Below, piece by piece: positions 59,550 to 64,000 of a stretch of 64,000 nt of DNA. Below the pieces are notes generated by a model, which ran no database searches, was not told where the DNA came from, and was given only the letters and a program-made list of their open reading frames with translations. Made by a program: the position numbers and the translations under genes. This DNA is from Nitrosopumilus sp. (lineage in GTDB: Archaea > Thermoproteota > Nitrososphaeria > Nitrososphaerales > Nitrosopumilaceae), in assembly GCA_965218785.1 (NCBI GenBank), contig OZ244650.1, forward strand, positions 1,024,001 through 1,088,000. The letters are read 5' to 3'. Each line of letters opens with the position of its first letter. The stretch's first letter is position 1.

Positions 59550-60542
59550 ATGGGAGCTAGAAAACGACATTCACCACGCAGGGGAAGTCTTGCATATTCG
59601 CCACGAATTCGTGCCAAAAGCATGGAGGCGCGCATCAGGGCGTGGCCGACACGCAATTCAGAAGAGCCAAAGATTCTGGCACACTGCGGATTCAAGGCAG
59701 GCTGCGTGCAGGTAGTTAGTATTGATGATCGTGACAAGACGCCAAATGCCGGAAAACAGCTAGTCAGCCTTGGAACGGTCCTAGTAACGCCGCCGGTGCT
59801 GATTCTGGGAATCAGGGGCTACTCCAAGGATTATGACGGACTGCACGCAGAGTTTGACGTGTATGCCGAGGATATTCCAAAATATATTACAAAAGAGATT
59901 ACGCTAAAAAACAAAGAGGGCGCACTAGAGGATGCCGAAAAAAGATTAAAAAAGATAAAAGAGATATTTGCAATCGTTGCAGTATCCCCGCGTGCTGCAG
60001 GACTAGAGCAGAAAAAGCCGTATGTCTTTGAGGCCATAGTCAGCGGAGGGGACGTACAAAAGCAGTTTGCACACGTGAAAGAACTGCTGGGACAGGAGAT
60101 AAAGATTGATCAGATATTTGAGACTGGTTCTAGTGTCGATGTTGCTGCAATCACAAAGGGAAAGGGATGGCAGGGAGTGCTAAAGAGATGGCACGTAAAA
60201 AAGAAACAGCATAAATCAAGAAAGACCGTAAGAGAGGTCGGCTCATTGGGACCAATCTCCCCGCAAAGCGTCATGTATACGGTTCCCAGGGCAGGCCAGA
60301 TGGGATTCCATCAAAGGACAGAATACGACAAAAGGATCATGATGATGGGAAACACAAATGATGAAAAAATAAAGATAAATCCCGACGGCGGATACAAGCA
60401 TTTCGGATTAGTCCGCGGTGATTTTATAATTCTAAAGGGTTCGGTCCCCGGAACATACAAAAGACTCATCAAACTTCGTAGCCAGATTCGAAACGCCCCG
60501 GCAAAGGTCACAAAGCCAAACATTCTGGAGGTTGTGATATGA
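59550..60542 (+). CDS. rpl3: 50S ribosomal protein L3
   Basis: PRRGSL, GFKAG, TKGKG.QG and RAGQMGFHQRTE. Confidence 0.97.
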   Translation: MGARKRHSPRRGSLAYSPRIRAKSMEARIRAWPTRNSEEPKILAHCGFKAGCVQVVSIDDRDKTPNAGKQLVSLGTVLVTPPVLILGIRGYSKDYDGLHAEFDVYAEDIPKYITKEITLKNKEGALEDAEKRLKKIKEIFAIVAVSPRAAGLEQKKPYVFEAIVSGGDVQKQFAHVKELLGQEIKIDQIFETGSSVDVAAITKGKGWQGVLKRWHVKKKQHKSRKTVREVGSLGPISPQSVMYTVPRAGQMGFHQRTEYDKRIMMMGNTNDEKIKINPDGGYKHFGLVRGDFIILKGSVPGTYKRLIKLRSQIRNAPAKVTKPNILEVVI

Positions 60543-61354
60543 TGAAAGTTGCCGCATACACCACCACCGGAGCAAATGACGGAGAGGTGGAACTCCCGCT
60601 AGTCTTCTCCACACCGTTTAGAAGGGAGCTGATACACAAGGCATTTACCAACTTATACTCGCACAAATTCCAGCCGCAGGGAAGAAAACCACGTGCCGGC
60701 ATGGACGTGGTTGCAGACTCTAACGATCCCCCAACAGGCCAGGGCGTCTCCCGTGTTGCCAGAATGAGCGGCGGTGGAGGCGGAAGACAGGGACAGGGTG
60801 CAGAAGTCGCATCAACTCGCGGCGGAAGACAGGCACACCCGCCAATAGTAGACAGGGTAATCTACAAGAGAATAAACAAGAGGGAGCGAAAGCTGGCACT
60901 GTGTTCTGCAATTGCAGCTACGGCATCCCGGGATATCATAGAATCACGCGGACATAAAATCGCGGGAATCGAGTCGTTTCCAATCATAGTATCTGATGAG
61001 ATCCAGACAGTCTCCAAGACAAGCGAGATGGTAAAGGTGTTAGATGCCCTGAAACTAACGCAGGATGTCCGGAGGCTTGATTCAAGAAAGCCGCGTTCTG
61101 GAAAACCACTACTTCGTGGAAGGGCCAAAAAGATCGGAAAGAGCGTGCTGTTTGTAGTGGCAGACACCACAAACATAACAAAGGCCACAGGCGCCCTGCC
61201 CGGTGTGGAGGTAGTCAACGTCAAAAACCTAAGCGTGCTGGATTTAGCACCCGGTTCTGATCCAGTCAGACTGACAGTATACTCAAAGTCGGCAATAAAG
61301 GAGATTGAAAAGATAAAGTCGGCACATCTAGAGATAATGGTGAAGATGCAATGA
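60539..61354 (+). CDS. rpl4: 50S ribosomal protein L4
   Basis: P.F..P.R, GGR.AHPP and LDLAPG...RL. Confidence 0.96.
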   Translation: MMKVAAYTTTGANDGEVELPLVFSTPFRRELIHKAFTNLYSHKFQPQGRKPRAGMDVVADSNDPPTGQGVSRVARMSGGGGGRQGQGAEVASTRGGRQAHPPIVDRVIYKRINKRERKLALCSAIAATASRDIIESRGHKIAGIESFPIIVSDEIQTVSKTSEMVKVLDALKLTQDVRRLDSRKPRSGKPLLRGRAKKIGKSVLFVVADTTNITKATGALPGVEVVNVKNLSVLDLAPGSDPVRLTVYSKSAIKEIEKIKSAHLEIMVKMQ

Positions 61355-61617
61355 ACGTAGAGCGGGCAAGCAGGATCATCATAAAGCCGTACATCACAGA
61401 AAAGACGTTTGCCATGGTGGAAAACGAGAACAAGATCTGTTTTATCGTGGAGATCTCGGCTACCAAACCGCAGATAGTCGAGGCCGTAAAGACGTTATAC
61501 AATGAAAAGGTCATCAACGTAAACACCGCAAGAACGATTTATGGCAAAAAGGCGTTTGTTCAGTTTGAAAACACGGCAAAAGCCAGGGATTTGGCAACAA
61601 AGATAGGAATGCTATAA
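61351..61617 (+). CDS. rpl23: 50S ribosomal protein L23
   Basis: P.ITEK...EN, VNT and KKAFV. Confidence 0.95.
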   Translation: MNVERASRIIIKPYITEKTFAMVENENKICFIVEISATKPQIVEAVKTLYNEKVINVNTARTIYGKKAFVQFENTAKARDLATKIGML

Positions 61618-61661
61618 TATGGACTGCAAAACCCGAAGGATATTGACAGAGGAGAAAATAC

Positions 61662-62057
61662 ATGGTTAAGGAATTTTTATACAGGGGAATTCCAAGAGAA
61701 GAGCTCGAGAAAATGTCCCTTGAGAGCTGGTTCAAACTGTTTAATTCCAGGCAGCGAAGATCCCTTACCCGCGGCATAACAGACGGCAAAAGAAAGCTAA
61801 TCGAGGAGATAAAGTCAGCAAAGGCAGGCACACTAAAGAATACAATCAAGACCCACTTGAGGGATCTTATCATTTTACCATATATGGTAGACGTTACAGT
61901 AAATGTTTTTTCAGGAAAAGAGTTCAAACCGGTCGTAATACAGACCGAGATGATCGGTCACTACCTGGGGGAGTATGTCATAACAAACAAAAAAGTCTCA
62001 CATGGTGCGCCGGGTGTCGGAGCATCAAGATCCAGTCTTTACGTGCCGCTAAAGTGA
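61662..62057 (+). CDS. rps19: 30S ribosomal protein S19
   Basis: KTHLRD, MIGHYLGE and GVGASRSS.YVPLK. Confidence 0.96.
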   Translation: MVKEFLYRGIPREELEKMSLESWFKLFNSRQRRSLTRGITDGKRKLIEEIKSAKAGTLKNTIKTHLRDLIILPYMVDVTVNVFSGKEFKPVVIQTEMIGHYLGEYVITNKKVSHGAPGVGASRSSLYVPLK

Positions 62058-62062
62058 TTATC

Positions 62063-62521
62063 ATGGGTAGATTCGGTTACGCATTCCAAAATTATGATCC
62101 TACAAGACACGTGCGTTCCTCGCTGCGCGAGAAGGACATGTCACATAAACATGCCCGAGAGGTGGCAGTTGCAATAAAGGGAATGTCAATTGAAAAGGCA
62201 AGGGACTATCTTCATGATGTGATCAACAAAAACCGGGCAGTGGCATTCAGACGCTTTAAAAATCAGGTGGGGCACAGGTCGGATCCCGGAATGATGTCCG
62301 GCAGATACCCGCAAAAGACGGCAAAGGAGTTCATCAAGGTACTAGACAACCTGGAATCAAATGCAGAGTACAAGGGAATGGATCTGGACAGGTTGAGAAT
62401 CATAAATGCCACCGTACACAAGGGCGTAATAGTAAAAAGATTCATCCCAAGGGCGATGGGCAGGGCGACGCCAAACAACAACGTGCTGACACACGTAGAA
62501 GTGGTAGGCCAGGAGATTTAG
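62063..62521 (+). CDS. rpl22: 50S ribosomal protein L22
   Basis: GRYP.K, N..SNA..KG and PRAMGRA. Confidence 0.96.
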   Translation: MGRFGYAFQNYDPTRHVRSSLREKDMSHKHAREVAVAIKGMSIEKARDYLHDVINKNRAVAFRRFKNQVGHRSDPGMMSGRYPQKTAKEFIKVLDNLESNAEYKGMDLDRLRIINATVHKGVIVKRFIPRAMGRATPNNNVLTHVEVVGQEI

Positions 62522-62522
62522 A

Positions 62523-63317
62523 ATGTCTGCAGTCAAGAACGTAATCAAGGACAACTACAAGAACATGCTTCTAAAGGACTATCTCAGGGAGGCAATAAAG
62601 GACGCCGGCTTTTCACATGCGGAGATATCAAAGACGCCGATGGGAACCAGGGTCGCACTGCACGTGACGAGACCGGGAATAGTAATAGGAAGAAAGGGTT
62701 CGGGAATCAGGGCACTTACAGAAAAGCTAGAAAAGGATTTTGAGCTAAAAAACCCGCAGATATCTGTCGTGGAGATTGACAAGCCGGAATTATCCCCCAA
62801 TGTGATGTGCAACAGGATGGCATCGCACCTGGAGCGGGGAACGGCATTTAGAAGGGCCACCATGTGGACGCTAAAGCAGGTAATGGAGGGCGGTGCAATG
62901 GGAGTCCAGATAACAGTATCTGGAAAACTCAGAGGTGATCGTTCGGCATTTGAGAAACACACGCAGGGAATCCTGCCAAGGGCCGGACATCATGCCAAAA
63001 TTATCGTAGTCGAGGATATCGCACACGTAAAGACTGCGATGGGGCTGATTGGCATCAGGATTAGAATTGCAAGACATGGAAAGGTGGAACCGGAATTTGA
63101 GATGAGAGACAAGAAATCAGCAAAGACAGACGAGGCAAAGGACTCCCAAAAACCAGTAAAGATAGAGGAGGTAAAGGTGGATGATGTCAAAGTTGAGGTC
63201 ATAAAAGTCGAGGGCAAAAAAGACGAGGCGGCATCAGAATCCGAAGTGATCGAACTAGAGGAGAAAAAGATAGCAAAGATTGAGACACTCGAAGAAGAGG
63301 AGGCCAAATTAAAATAA
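62523..63317 (+). CDS. rps3: 30S ribosomal protein S3 with a charged C-terminal tail
   Basis: [14 protein letters not shown] and GA.G..I.VSGKL. Confidence 0.96.
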   Translation: MSAVKNVIKDNYKNMLLKDYLREAIKDAGFSHAEISKTPMGTRVALHVTRPGIVIGRKGSGIRALTEKLEKDFELKNPQISVVEIDKPELSPNVMCNRMASHLERGTAFRRATMWTLKQVMEGGAMGVQITVSGKLRGDRSAFEKHTQGILPRAGHHAKIIVVEDIAHVKTAMGLIGIRIRIARHGKVEPEFEMRDKKSAKTDEAKDSQKPVKIEEVKVDDVKVEVIKVEGKKDEAASESEVIELEEKKIAKIETLEEEEAKLK

Positions 63318-63523
63318 TGACAAGAATCAGCATGAAGACTATCCATCAGTTTAATGAAAAGGATCTAAGAGAAAGGATTCAAGAGACGCGCAGTGAGCTT
63401 ATAAAACTCAGGGTGGATGGGGCCAAAGGCACGCTAAGAAAGGAGAGCGGCAAGTTAAAGCCGCTTCGCCACGATATTGCAAGAATGCTGACCAGACTAA
63501 ACGAGATGAAGAGAGAAAAATGA
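63317..63523 (+). CDS. rpl29: 50S ribosomal protein L29
   Basis: R.DIARMLT; operon position. Confidence 0.93.
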   Translation: MTRISMKTIHQFNEKDLRERIQETRSELIKLRVDGAKGTLRKESGKLKPLRHDIARMLTRLNEMKREK

Positions 63524-63789
63524 TCACAGTAGAAAACATCACATCACACGAGTTTATAGGACTAGACACCGAGATTACACAGTCTACAAACCCTCAGATT
63601 ATAGGATTAAATGGAAGGATAGTTGATGAAACAAGATCCATGTTCAAGATTGATACTAAAAACGGGGAAAAATCGGTGGCAAAGTCACACAACAGCTGGA
63701 GGTTTACAGTTAACGGTAAAGACGTCGTAATTGACGGCTCGAGAATTATAAAGAGACCGCATGACAGAATCGGGGGGAAGATGTCATGA
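63520..63789 (+). CDS. rnp1: RNase P protein component 1 (Rpp29/Pop4)
   Basis: HEFIGL, G..G.IVDET and RP.DR. Confidence 0.92.
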   Translation: MITVENITSHEFIGLDTEITQSTNPQIIGLNGRIVDETRSMFKIDTKNGEKSVAKSHNSWRFTVNGKDVVIDGSRIIKRPHDRIGGKMS

Positions 63790-64000
63790 CAAACATAGGA
63801 CTGAGTGTAAAAGAGCCAAAGAGGGAGTGTGCCGATAAAAACTGTCCGTTCCACGGTAATCTATCAGTTAGGGGAAAGCTGTTTGATGGCAAGGTGACAG
63901 GCAGCAAGGCAAGACAGACCATCACACTACAAAAAGAGGCACCAGTCTACTTTAGCAAGTTTAAGAGGTATGCCCGAGGTAAAAGTACGATTCACGCGCA
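63786..64000 (+). CDS. rps17: 30S ribosomal protein S17 (runs off the window)
   Basis: MTNIGL.V..P...C.D.NCPFHG.LSVRG. Confidence 0.93.
   Translation, partial: MTNIGLSVKEPKRECADKNCPFHGNLSVRGKLFDGKVTGSKARQTITLQKEAPVYFSKFKRYARGKSTIHA

Overview
This is an archaeal chromosome segment from a Nitrosopumilus-like ammonia-oxidising archaeon (Nitrososphaerota/Thaumarchaeota), judged from Nop5/fibrillarin, an RPC34/TFE-beta homolog, CdvB, type II GAPDH, proteasome alpha and the archaeal ribosomal operon. Most of it is housekeeping: pyrK/pyrD, an RNA-modification cluster, apt/mtnP, ilvA, purE/purK, thiolase-DUF35, thrC, HMG-CoA synthase, bioD/A/B/F, ccdA-thioredoxin, psmA and rpl3-rps17. Many small zinc- or membrane-type proteins fall below the ORF-track cutoff. 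There are three accessory patches. (i) About 18.4-20.6 kb around tRNA-Phe holds a repeat-flanked cassette and a membrane-anchored thermonuclease. (ii) An AT-rich island at about 43.65-47.36 kb holds an AbrB-like gene, a SAMHD1/dGTPase-like HD enzyme, a 293-bp tandem duplication carrying two diverged 36-aa acidic-tailed micropeptide genes, and an IS3-family remnant. (iii) An AT-rich archaeal ATPase gene has a palindromic operator. Several conserved genes carry single-base, mostly homopolymer frameshifts that look like assembly errors. All calls come from reading motifs by eye; no database searches were run.
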